Assembly: GCA_035084275.1 (NCBI GenBank)
Contig: CM068759.1
Location: 3,596,001 to 3,660,000 of the forward strand
DNA length: 64,000 bases
Reading direction: 5' to 3'
Origin: Hydrolagus colliei
Lineage: Eukaryota
The position numbers and the translations under genes were made by a program. The notes below the pieces were generated by a model. That model saw nothing but the letters and a program-made list of their open reading frames with translations, was not told the DNA's origin and searched no databases. Below, in pieces: positions 1-11,863 of the stretch (positions are counted from its first letter, which is position 1; every line of letters begins with the position of its first letter).

Positions 1-1129
1 ATTGTGGGTTGGCATGATTATATTGAGGATTGTATTATTTTTGCCCCGTAAACGTGGTTAGAAATAAACAGATGTTAGTAATAAAAAACGTAATTTTCGG
101 TCTGTTCAGTCCTTGTTGTTTATCTCGATGTTAAACATTAAGCGGTTTTCAACAACTCTTGTGATGCTGGCAGCAAATCAAATTGAATCTTTGAACCCGA
201 ATCAAGTTATGTAGGGCGATTAGGCTGAGCTGAATCTTTCATCTCACATAAAGCTGCAGACACAAGTATAATCCTGAATCTATTTTAACTTCTCCTGCAG
301 TCATAGCGAACTCTAATTGCTGGGCACAGATGCAGCTGTACCTTCCATGCTGTTCCCTCATTTAATGTTAAGAAAAACAAGCCACAGGCCCGTTCTCTGG
401 TGGTGCCTCGAATAAATAACAAGCAACGGCACAGAATACAACGTAGCAGCTCAATTAATCCATACAGAATATGTCACGACGCAGCACTGCACGCCTGTAG
501 CAATGACACAAAAATAATTGCAATGGTATGTTTCCACTTGCGGCCGTGGCTGAGGGAAATCCGTGCGCTGAAAGGAAGCACAGCCTTTTTCGGAAAAGTG
601 ATCTGGGAACAGTTCTGGATGGGAATGCTTCAGCCGACGAGACACCTCACACGGGGGTAATTCAGTCTGCGGTCTCTGAGTCAGCACCGAGTTTTCAGTC
701 GCGCGGAATTCACTCACGGAGCAATTTTCAAGGCTGCATGTTTAGCACATGTGCGGCTGCCAACTCGATTCAAGAAACAAGATAGTACTAGTCTGGCAGT
801 GCAAATGTTTGTCTTTTGGCAGATTATCTATCAGCGTTCTGCAGAATGGGTGAGGGAAGCTGGTGAATCTTTCCAAAGTCTATTTTCACTGAGCGAATAG
901 TAATTAGGGGGCAGATATATCACCACAAAATAAAAGACGAGCAGCAAGAATTTTGGTTGCAATAGATTGATTCCTGCCCTACCAGAAACGTTATTAAAAT
1001 ACACTCCGCGGAAACTGTTAGAAGGGAATTGATCAAATACTGTACTTTGAAAACAATTTTTTAAAAAGAAGAATATGAGGGTGTGGGGGGAAAAGGCAGG
1101 TGAGCACCTATAGATGTCTATATAAGTGC

Positions 1130-1235
1130 AAATAATAGTAATAGTCCTTGCAGTTGAAAAAGTGTTTTTCACGTCTTCCAGATGTCTCAAAGCGTTTCAC
1201 CGGGTATACTAAATGTAGTGAATTGACTGTATAAA
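1130..1235 (-). mobile_element. 3' fragment of the tRNA-headed Deu-domain SINE
   Basis: Matches the 3' tail of the full-length copy at 48544-48880. Confidence 0.75.
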
Positions 1236-1244
1236 TTGTTGTTG

Positions 1245-1342
1245 AATGGGACTCGAGCAAAATAAGTCACTCTTGCAGAGAGCTGGCAAAGGCACAGTCA
1301 GGTGAACTGATTCCTTTTTGTGCTGCAAAAAGTCTGAGATGA
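1245..1342 (+). mobile_element. Degraded CR1 LINE 3' UTR
   Basis: Resembles the 3' UTR of the CR1 copy at 47808-47900 (ctcttgcagagagctggc...ccttttgtgctg). Confidence 0.55.
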
Positions 1343-2097
1343 ACAATAACAGATTATTAATTTGAAGGACCCATCACTTTGAAAGCTTTGAGGACCCACA
1401 TGGAACGCATGATGGGGCATGTAAGCCAGAGAGGTCAGGAGCAATCACTCACTCACAGCAACGAGAAGCAGGTCTGGGTACCTGATGCGGTAATTCAGGA
1501 AGCACCGCTGAATGCCAAATGATTGAAAGTAACTAGTCACCTAAGGGTTACGTGAACTGAAATCAGAGCATGTTATTGGAGAACTCTGTATAGATCATTC
1601 CAGAACCCGAGAACCTTTCCGATTCTGCCAGGCCATACGAGAGGACATTTTCATAATGACACCGACCGTGAATTGTCAAGTGACAAGTGCAAGGGAAATA
1701 TTTTTTTTTTAAAAAAAAGAAAGAAATCGAATGTCCCCATGAATATTTATTCACTTGTTCGGTGTCATTTCTGTAACTTGTCATTGATGCTTTGGATTCA
1801 GATCATTGTGCCTTTCGTAGATTCCAGTGCTGAATAATGTTTGTGCCTATCAGAGTGGCTCAGTTCTGCAAGCATTTTAATCCAGTTGACGCAACCAGGT
1901 CCTTAAACATCACTCACATCACACTAGACTGCTTGAAACGTGTCAAATCAAATGTCACAATTGCCAGCATAACTCTTTCTCCTCTGACACATCCCCACAT
2001 TCTGCAACTGTGCTCGAGGTGGGGGGTGTGGGGGGACGCATACACAGTGTAAAAACACACATTTTGTGAGCTGGTAAAATCATTCACTATATAACCA

Positions 2098-2465
2098 TAA
2101 AATTACACTTCTAAAGCGCCTTTCACATCAGGAGGACGTCCCAAGGCCCCGGACAGTCATTATTTCAGACCCGAGCTGAGGTTGGGGACGGGGAGGTGGA
2201 GGAAAGGGTGTGGGGATCCTATAAATGATACAGGAGATAGTTAAAGACTGCTGTTCCATCATCCGAACATAGATAATGATCCCTAACATGAGCTTTGTAT
2301 TTAGAAATCCGCTTAAGTATCAAATAAGAACATACCTGAAATTGCGAGCGGTGAGAGAGACCCTAACCCAGTTTCAATAGTCATAGTCTGTGAGTATATA
2401 CAAAAACAACAACATTACATTTGTAAAGTGCCTTTCACATCAGGAGGATGTCCTATGCCTTTCAC
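2098..2465 (-). mobile_element. Two L2 LINE 3'-tail fragments (about 2098-2210 and 2402-2465)
   Basis: gcctttcacatcaggaggacgtcccaagg and gacccgagctg match the L2 tail at 57768-57870. Confidence 0.7.
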
Positions 2466-4624
2466 TTACAGACACACAGATAATTAATTTAGACATTTCT
2501 AAATTTAAACAAGCAATTTTAGATTCCAATGTGTGTGAAGCTTCAGTAGGATTTGTTGTCATTACTTTATGATGCATTCTAAACTACAGATCATAGAGTC
2601 TTTAACTAGCCACTGCGCACACACTGTAGTAGGTTTAATGGTCGAAGAATACTTTACAAGAATTCCATAGATTCTCTCCTACACTTTTGTTTTAAAGTCT
2701 GATAAAACGCAGAGTGACTCTTTCCACTGAATAATGCCAGTAAATTTCTACTCTGCCCATTTCCACGTAACATCTCCCTTCATTTAGTTGCATGGTTTAA
2801 GTACAAGTATTTTCTTTCTGCTCTGTGCTGAAATGCTTCCAGCAACAGAGAAACGCTTCTTAAGCATGCTTTACATCCTGATCTGGCATTGCAGATGGCA
2901 TTTCTGTTCTCTCTCCGCACAGGCCTGCGTTACCTGCGTGTCTGGTTCCCTATGATTGAATGTAAGGTTGAAATTGGGATTGTCCTCCAAAAATTCAAAG
3001 CAAGTTTTTTTTTCTAATGCATAATTCGAATGCATTGTGGGTTGTTATCGGACATTGGGAAGTGAAGATTATTGAGGATGGAACCAACCCCATAAGAGAT
3101 TTGTACTGATGTTTGAAAGATTTGCATTTTGTATGCTCTGTGCAAGATTTCATGATCCTTAATATATCGATAGCTTCATGTTGGTGGTTGTGAATGAAAT
3201 ACTTACCAGGCTTTATTTACAAATGATTTTTATAATATTGCAGGGATTTTGCATGTATGTAGATGACCCCTGCTTTTAGCATCATTGTTTAATGTGTTAG
3301 TTGAGAGATGCTAATTAGGAAATTGTTGCAGCATTATTTAGCCCTGTGTTTTCATGTCATTACTGTCAGGAGAGATGTAAACAATACAACTGTGCCAGAA
3401 CTCAACTGAACAGGCTTCAAAATGGCCGATGGCCTTCAATGCACAACATCGCCAGGTCATAAGATGACAAGAACGGTTCCGATGCAGAAGTTCCCTTTGG
3501 CCCATTTAGATATAATCCATCCAAAATACACATCCTTCCATCTGCTCATAACAACATAGAGAGCTTTTTATGCGTGAAAACAATGTAAGTCTCCGGTGCC
3601 CTGGACTAAACCATCTTACCTGACTTTAATTACGCTCTCAGTAAAAGTACATCCTGATGTCTATCCTGAATAGAAAAGCTTCGGAAGGTGAAGAACGTGA
3701 GTGTCGAAACTGAGGAATTTCTAAGATTGTGGTGTTTCGCAATATATTCATATCTGTAATGTAGTCATGAAAAATACATCAGTTTTGACTGCCCTCCCCA
3801 CCCCCCACACACATTGCACATGGAATTATTGATAACACATTTGTATTGAAGTAAGGGCATGCATGTTCATTACTTCTATTTTGTTGACTGACACAAGCAA
3901 TTGAAAGGGTGTGTCAAGTCCTGAGGAATTATACCTTAGTGAATTGTAGCTACACTGAAGGAAACTGCAATATTCACCATTACATGATTGGCAGGACAGG
4001 ATGCCAAAGGATATCTTCAAGGTTAATACATTTTCCTCCACTGTTGCTTCTTTGCTTCTCTCAACCCTTTGGCATCAGTCGAGGACAAGTCAAATGCTCT
4101 CTGACGTTGCAGATTTCCTTAACGTCCAGGGAGCCATTAACTGCACCGTGCAACTCTGCACGTTTCCAGCCACTGATTGAAGTTATATCCCATCACTGGA
4201 GAGGTTTTAATTCCTTCAATGCTCAGCGGGTTTGTGTGATGCTTGCAATATAACAACAGATGTGCTTTGGTATTAAACTGGCTGCTGCTGCAGCTCGTAC
4301 ATTATCTCATGATCTCGATTAGAGGGAGATTGCTTGAGAGTAGCGTTTTGGCAGAGTTTGACTGCTTGGTAATTAACCTCAGATTTTATTGGCGGGGGGA
4401 TGGGGTGGAGAGAGGGGGGTTGTTTGTGGAAAGAATCGCAGATATATAATTAATATTAACCCTTGAATTTGATATCACTTCTACAGCATTGAAACAGCTC
4501 ACACGTGTAAAGTATGGTGACTCTCTCTGCCTTTTTAGACAAACGCCAACACCCAATTTGCAACACAACAAAGTCCTTCTAATCAGTCATAAAGCGATTG
4601 GTACTTTTCTCCTGAAGTATTGGC

Positions 4625-4837
4625 TTGAATACTGGGAGAAATTCTTCTCTTCTCAGGATCTTTAATATGCATCTGAAGAAGCAGGCAGGATTCACCCTAA
4701 CATCTCATTCAAATGTTGTCGCTTCGGTCATTGCAATGCCCCACTCCCCCAATACACCACTGGAGTGTCAGTTGGGAACAGCAAACTCAACCTGGACGTT
4801 GAAATCACAACTATCACTCCCAACTCAGCCAGGCTAA
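4625..4837 (-). mobile_element. Old SacSINE1-like Deu-SINE fragment
   Basis: Degenerate match to the copy at 8785-9190 (ggatctttaa, catctcattcaaa, cactggagtgtcag). Confidence 0.55.
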
Positions 4838-6469
4838 ATCACCTTGCAATAGGTGGGGAGAAATATTGCACCCAAGTCTAGATTAATTCTACTTGGGCAG
4901 CATTTATAAAGAGTCTAGAATTTGTCAAATTGTTAAATTCAGCCCCGACTTTGAAGCGCTTTTTCTGCAATTCTAAAACGAACTTACCGAAACAGACTTC
5001 GAAATGAAGCCTGCGTTTAAGAATTTGGTACGTGATGACCTTGGAGAAATCTCCTAATAAGCGCTGTCAGCTTTATGTACATTATCTTTTGTTCAGTCAG
5101 GTCCATATTACTGCAATAGTGCATATTTCTGATTCAGTTCAATCAAGAAGATTTTAATCCTTTCAAACTTCAGCAACCGCTTCCGGCAACGGCACAAATT
5201 GGCAGAGATAACATGAAGAATTAGGAGAAAAAGAGGACACGCAGTTAAAAAGGGCAAATGTAAATATAGTGATTTATTGGTCTCTCTGATCTGTCAGAAG
5301 TAACTGGAAATATCTGCAATTAACGTACCCATTATTAGTCAAGCAGCCAATGACACAAAGGACAAAGTAAAATCATAAAGCCTCCATTGAGAAAGCCATC
5401 CTACCTTATTGATTATATAACACCTTTGCTCTATTTTAAATGTCAGTAATTAAGCTTGCATTTCCTCTCCCCAAAACATTCAGTGTTTGCACCAGTAGAT
5501 AGTCTAAAAGGGGCATGTATTGTGCAGTTACATAGTTGGACCAGAATATATAGAAATGTCTGGCAAGGATGAAAATATAATTGGGTCAAATAAAAGTTTC
5601 CATAATGTACTGGGTTAGTCTTGCTCTATAATACACTGCACCGAGTTGCGTTATGACATGTTATTTTCAGTGGCTGTTGGTAGTTTGGGGACAAGTACAG
5701 TGGGATTGAGTGCTGCTGATATAGAATTTTACAGTTCTTAGGTGCTACATTCAAAACCTGGATTTCTTATACTATGTCATTAATATATAATTCCTCACTT
5801 GCTCCCAAAGATAATATCAAAACACAAGGATTTTAATACTTATTAAACTCCTGAGTGTTTGTTTTCCTGCAGGATTGGTGATTATTTTAGGTATGTTCAT
5901 TTTCCATCTCATGTTTTGCTGAGCAATCCAATATAAAAATACTTGCATCTGTTATAACACCTTAACATGGCAAACTGCTTAATATATCAATACTCTGGAG
6001 TCTAGGAGGTAGTAATTGCTGTTTAATGTGCACATATCACCATTGACAAACAAGACACGAATAAAAGCAAATTACTTTTTTTTGTGGATGCTAGCTGCAA
6101 AATTGTATTCGAACTTTATTGAATATATTCAGCATCTAAATGTTGTAGTAAAGTCAATGTAATCTTTCCAAATGCAATGCCCTCAATATTAATTGTTCTG
6201 TACCCCAACTGTCTGACTTGCAGGCATGGATTCCCCAGAAGGAGCCTAGTACGTTCAATTTGGAAGCAGGTTGTAGACAATCCGTTAATGTCTGTTGCGA
6301 TGTCTGCAGAGACTCAGAGAAAAGAGGACAGCTGTTTCTGCACTTCACTGAATATACTAAAGCAAATTTCTTTCTTGAACTGTTGTCAATCATTGCTGCG
6401 TCATTTAAAGAAGTATTCCATCACTTTGGAGATAACAGGGAAATATCAAAACATAAAGTGTTGCAAATC

Positions 6470-6668
6470 ATAATAATAATAATGGCCCTTGCATTTGATG
6501 TAGAGCCTTTCACATCAGGAGACCATCCCAAAGCGCCTCAGAGGATTTATTCTAACGTCTTCCGAATATTTTATTTATCAATGTGTACATTATAGTAAAT
6601 TCTGTGAGGTGCTTTGAGACGTTTCAATGACATAAGGCGCTGTATCAAATGCAAGAATTATTATTAAT
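6470..6668. mobile_element. Two SINE/L2-type 3' tails in head-to-head inverted orientation
   Basis: Minus tail at 6470-6545 and plus tail at about 6590-6668, with (TTA)n ends pointing outward. Confidence 0.7.
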
Positions 6669-7239
6669 ATTTTGGTAAGCCAAAATGTTGTGTAAAATAT
6701 ACATTGCAGCATAATCAGTATCTGGAATTGAAAGATAAGGGTTTAAGATGTGACATTTCATCAGAACAAAGTTCAGATGCCTTGCTGTGCATCACTGGCA
6801 TTTAGTGAAGCAAAATATGCAGCATTCATCACAGGGTTCCTTGTACTAATTAAGTCAAGGCACCCATTAAGGAATAGCACATATTTGTTCTTTACCTGAT
6901 TAGCGTCAGAGCTTTAAATGTTGCATAGAAAACTCCCAGGGTTTAAACTTATTTGGAGTTACCCAGCATTCTCATAGCCTGTTCCAAGCTCAAGCTTTTC
7001 AATCAGTTTTTTTAAAAAAAAAACACTAGCTGGAGCGTAGGAGTGACTGTCAGGGTTGGAGACTGGGAGCGATGTGCTCGTCGCTCAGGTAAATGAATAG
7101 GGTTAATGCCAAGGCTAATTAGGTACAGGTATTCCTTAAAGCACTTTTCTTAAAAGCACAGGCTACTGCTATCTAGATGAACTGAGTAAGTTAGTCCTTG
7201 CTCACTTATTGAGCGAAGAAAAATGTTTAAGATGAGACC

Positions 7240-7356
7240 TTAATTGGCTGCCACGTTTCGCCCATAATTCACTTTACAATGTATCCTGTGAAGCGCTTTG
7301 AGACATCTCCAACTCTTGATAATGCATTCTATCAAATGCAACACTTATTATTATTA
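7240..7356 (+). mobile_element. SINE 3' fragment (Deu core end plus tail)
   Basis: aattggctgccacgtttcgccca...gtgaagcgctttgagac...ttattattatt. Confidence 0.75.
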
Positions 7357-7399
7357 ATGGAGATGTTTGAAATAGACTCAATAAAGGTTTGCTCATTAT

Positions 7400-7712
7400 A
7401 GGGTCAATATAGGTTGTTCCCACTTGTTGGGTGTCCATAACCAGGGGACTCAAGTACAAAATCTAAACTAGGGGATCTAAAATAGGATTAAAGTGGAACA
7501 TTTTCACACGGAGGGTAGTGAAAATGTGTGACTCGCTGCCTGAAGCGGGAGTTCACGCAGGCAATATAGTTGAGGAAGCTCGATTTCTACATGAGAGAAA
7601 AGAGAATTTAAACTTATGGGAGGAATTAAGAAGGGAAGGAGACTCATGTGGAGTATAAACACTGACTAGGATCAGTTCAGCATGTTAGCCTATTTTCATG
7701 TGCAGTTTGCAG
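7400..7712 (+). mobile_element. Degraded CR1 ORF2 3' end and UTR
   Basis: Remnant codons for LFPLVG, TRG and FFTxRVV, homologous to the CR1 at 47808-48350. Confidence 0.7.
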
Positions 7713-7895
7713 AAATTTATAACATAGTAGCTTTCATGTTGAAAGAATGCTTTGCGGGCCTTACTGTAAAGTGTAGTGACCACGTATTTTCCAGGTGAAT
7801 GTAGCGCAATATATATCTATATATATATATACACATATATATAGTTATTCAAACCAATGATTGTAGAGCATTTTTGTGAGGTTGAAGTAAAAGTG

Positions 7896-7909
7896 GTTTC
7901 CATGGGAAC
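7896..7909. promoter_or_regulatory. RFX X-box motif GTTTCCATGGGAAC
   Basis: Exact fit to GTTNCCATGGNAAC, in a repeat-free block. Motif match only; function not shown. Confidence 0.4.
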
Positions 7910-8784
7910 ACTTGGGACCAAAAGTCTCGCTAAACAACATATCTGCATTAAAAATAAAATGACAAAAGAATTACTAATGGTTGTATTAAGCAGGTTTATG
8001 ATGCAGATCCACATCGCACACGCCAGCGCTTTGTTGAATCCTAATGACACTATTTTATCAGTGACCAGAATAAAACTTTTGCACTGCATGCCCATTATAG
8101 ATTCCATGAGGTATGTTTTCAATCATAGTACAAGTGCAATATACTTTACAGTTAGAAAAACTCAGTGCTGAATGTTGTATATTCTATACTGTATATAAAA
8201 ACATTTAGAAATAAACAGTGTCCAAACAGATTGTCCCATCTGTGCCATTAATGCAATGTTGGCAGCAAATGTAAAACAATTATGCTCTTAATTACATCCC
8301 GACCATTAATGTGCCATTTTCAACTTGTTGTGCGTTACAATTCAACAGTGAAGATAGATCAAAGCATCGAATGAAAATTAGTTTTATTGGCTGGTTTAAG
8401 CAGATTAACCAGTCAGAAATCAAGCCCTTCTACAAGTTATCCCTATGCGATTAATATTGTACAAAACTATTTTTTTTCCCCCAAAATAAAACCCAAGGAA
8501 TCCAAGATTTACAGAGACTATTTGAGCTTATTATAAAGAGGAGTTAGGCTTCCCTCATTGAGATGTACAAATGTTTGTGAACAGCCCAAGAATATGATCG
8601 CACACGCCTGCTCCCATTAAAGCCAACTCTGGGATACAAATGGACTGTGTCACTGAATAGGCAAATAGATTTGAAAGATAAAATAAAAGGATCCTGGACA
8701 ATTAAGTACACTTTCAAAAAGTTAAGCAGTATTTTCCATACGTGATCCAATAGAGAAATCTGCACTAATTTGCACCAGCAGATA

Positions 8785-9190
8785 CAATAATAATCCTTGC
8801 ATCACTGAAATGTCTCAAACAGGATTTATTGGAAGTGTTGGGAGTGATGTGTATGTTTGAGCCAAAGCAGTAATTAATTGCACACAGCAACCTTCCACAA
8901 ACAGCCACGATGTGAATGACCAACCTTACCTGGGAGATTGTTGATTTGGACACCGAGAGAAACTAACTTCTCCTTCCAAATAGTGCCAGTCATGGGAATG
9001 TAACATGAATCTGAATAGACTGACTTTGGTTTAATGTCTCATGCAAAGGATAACACCACAGGGCACTCCCATGGGACTGCACTGGAGTAGACTGTGAGTG
9101 TGGTCTGTGAGCTCAGAGTCCAACATGGGGCTTGAACCCACATCTCCCGACTCAGAGATAAGACTGCTACCAACAGTGCCAGGCTGACAC
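8785..9190 (-). mobile_element. Near full-length SacSINE1-like Deu-domain SINE (old)
   Basis: tRNA-like head (plus strand reads cttgaaccca...ctcaga...gctgacac), Deu core (tgcacacagcaa...ccacaaacagc), and (TTA)n tail. Confidence 0.75.
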
Positions 9191-11058
9191 ACATATTCAT
9201 GATTCAAGATTCAAATTTGATGAGACACATTTCAATTATTTCACTCTTTGCTATTTAATATTTCTTGTTCTATAGATTTTTTTTTTAAATAATTAATTAA
9301 AAGTTCCAGTATGGTTAAAAACTTATCTGAAAAAATGCTATTGTTTCATCATACATCTAGAAAAGCATTATACATTTTTCAATTTAACTTTGCCAGCAAT
9401 ACAAAAATCTTGGCACTTATTACTTTGGAAGCAGATAGTGCCAATCTGTTATTGCTTTTGACAGATCTCCTTTCTTTGAAGTTCAGAGCACAAAAAATTA
9501 GCTGTAAATCAAAGAGTATGACTGCTCCAATTAGGATAACAAGTTCTAATGATGTTGAAAGAAATAGTGCAGAAGTTTGCTCAGAGCTATATCATAATTA
9601 GATTTGTAAAAAAAAAAAGGAATATGAAAGAAGTAGGTGGAAAGAGAATGATCTCAACTCACAGGAGGTTGACAGATGCACTGTGCAGCACTGTCCATTG
9701 GAGATGAGAAGGCAGGAAGATGCAGATGTCACCAAAATATGAAAGATTAATGAGGGAAAAATGTGTGCCTTGTAACCCATAGGCGAATAATAAAAATATC
9801 CTCCACTTCAGAACAACTAAAAAGGAACAACAGAAGTTCATTAAAACCCACAGATTGACTCCCAGATGATTTTAGAGTCAAGGTGAGGTTGCACACGACT
9901 TCCCATATGACTTCTCTAATTAAGCCAATTTTAGGGTTGCATTGGAGCAGTTTGAATGAATTGTTTGGTTATATATTTAGCACGATAAATCATTAGCAGG
10001 AGAGTATGCAGGCAGCACAATTTGTTGCATTTTACAGAAGGGGATAGCTTACAAGTGAATTCTTAAGAGCTGTTCAGCGAGATATTCCATATCTATTTGG
10101 TGTGCGACCAAGGATGAATCCCAAATTGCATAGTGATTAGTGTCATATAATCTTTAAGATGCACCTTTCCTGGCTGGCAGAACCTCAATTTAATGAAGAA
10201 CTAAACATCTGACAATACATTTCCTTGGTATTACAGTGGAGTGTGAGCCTTAGACTAGGAGGTCAAATACCCAACATGGGACCAGAACCAAGATATCAGT
10301 AAACTATTGTTAAAACTCAAATTGGTTATGCAATAGTACAGTATTTTGATAATAGAAATAATTTATCTTGTGCATTTGACAAAAGTCATGATGGCCTATA
10401 TTATGATTACTATTAATTAGTGATAATGTTGACAGCAGGACCCATCAAGAAAGGTTTTGTTCTGTTACAATTACACTCAGAAAGGTAACTGGTAATTTGA
10501 TGCGATGTGCCCCTAAATATGCATCAAAAGTGAGAGAACAGAAGACATTCTAGGGAGAAGGGAAGTAAATGTCTTTTAAATGACTTATACAGTACTTATA
10601 TAAAAAAAATCTGTGCAATCATCTTTGACCAATTAGAATCTAACACACTCAGGAATATGAGTAGATAAGCAGGTTCTCCTTGAAGCTGATCTGGTTCCAA
10701 TGTGACAAGCTTGGCAACGGAATATCAAAATCAAGGCTGTGGTGGTCTGGGTTCAGAGTTAGGATGATCCACAATACTTCAAGGCACTGCTGATGATAGA
10801 CCAGCTAGATTGGCTCATTGGCAGAATTTGAAATGTATGTAGGATCTCTCTTTGACAAGTGAAAGTCAAGGATGAAAGAGTTAACAAAATAGAAGCAAGA
10901 TGTATAGAAGGAACCTCGGAAGAGAACTGAGAGCGGGTTGGTTTATAGTTGGAGTTGTAGATTCTATAAATATTGTGCCCGCTGAGCCAGGTGACGAAGG
11001 TTTGTTTCTTTCGGGAAAGAGCCAAGGAGGCCACAGGAAGATGGCCAGTGAGGGCATT

Positions 11059-11182
11059 CAACAACAACAAAATTACATTTGTTTTGTGCCTTTCACGTCA
11101 GGATGACGTCTCATTGCACTGAATCATCAGGATGTCCTCCCGACGTGAAAGGCGCTCCACAAATGTAATTCTGTTGCTGTTG
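11059..11182. repeat. Inverted repeat of two L2 3' tails (52-bp arms, 20-nt loop)
   Basis: 11059-11110 versus the reverse complement of 11131-11182: 43/52 identical by hand alignment. Confidence 0.85.
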
Positions 11183-11537
11183 CACATTGTTTGAAGGAAG
11201 AACGGAGTTGCTGCTAAGATTTCAGTTCAGCAAAGTGTATTGTAGAATTACCAGGATTTGTGTTCACAGAATAATATTGAGGGTTTTTTTTTAAGTTGTT
11301 GAAGGTTGGAATGATGTTATCTTGATTCTTTTTTAATTCGTCACAATTCCATGTAAAAATGCAGGCTTTTTGTTAATACTTTTGTACTTTACTGAATAAA
11401 TCAACAGAGAATAAATGAATGACTTAATACACCAGAGTTTTGTAGTGCCAGTCATTGTAGGGCAGACTGCTGATTGGGCGCAGGAATTCTTCCTTTCCAA
11501 CTCCTATAAATGCTGCAAACTAAAACGCTAATGTGTA

Positions 11538-11863
11538 TAATAAAAAAAAACTTGCATTTAATATGGCGCCTGATCACGTCTGATCTAGACTGTCTCAAAG
11601 CACTTCACAGAATATACTGTAAAGTGAATCAACTATATATTTTGTGGGCGAAACGCGGCAGCCAATTGTGCACAGTAGTGACCCACAAACAGCCGTGGAT
11701 TGAAATGATCAATTTTTTAAATTATTATTTATTTATTTTGGGGGGGATTATTATTAGGCGTGTGGAGTAAGGAAACTTGTCCAAGGGTTCACCCTGACCT
11801 GGAATTGAAACCAGGTCTCTCACTTGTAAGGTGAGAGCTCTAACCACTAAGCTGCAGGATTCC
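11538..11863 (-). mobile_element. Full-length tRNA(Val-like)-headed Deu-domain SINE
   Basis: A/B-box head, CTCAC-CTTACAA-GTGAG anticodon arm, Deu core, L2-like tail. Confidence 0.88.

Noticed and set aside
11819-11835. Apparent compensatory change in the anticodon stem (CTCAC/GTGAG versus CTCGC/GCGAG)
   Set aside because: Both changes are explained by CpG deamination, so there is no evidence of structural selection.
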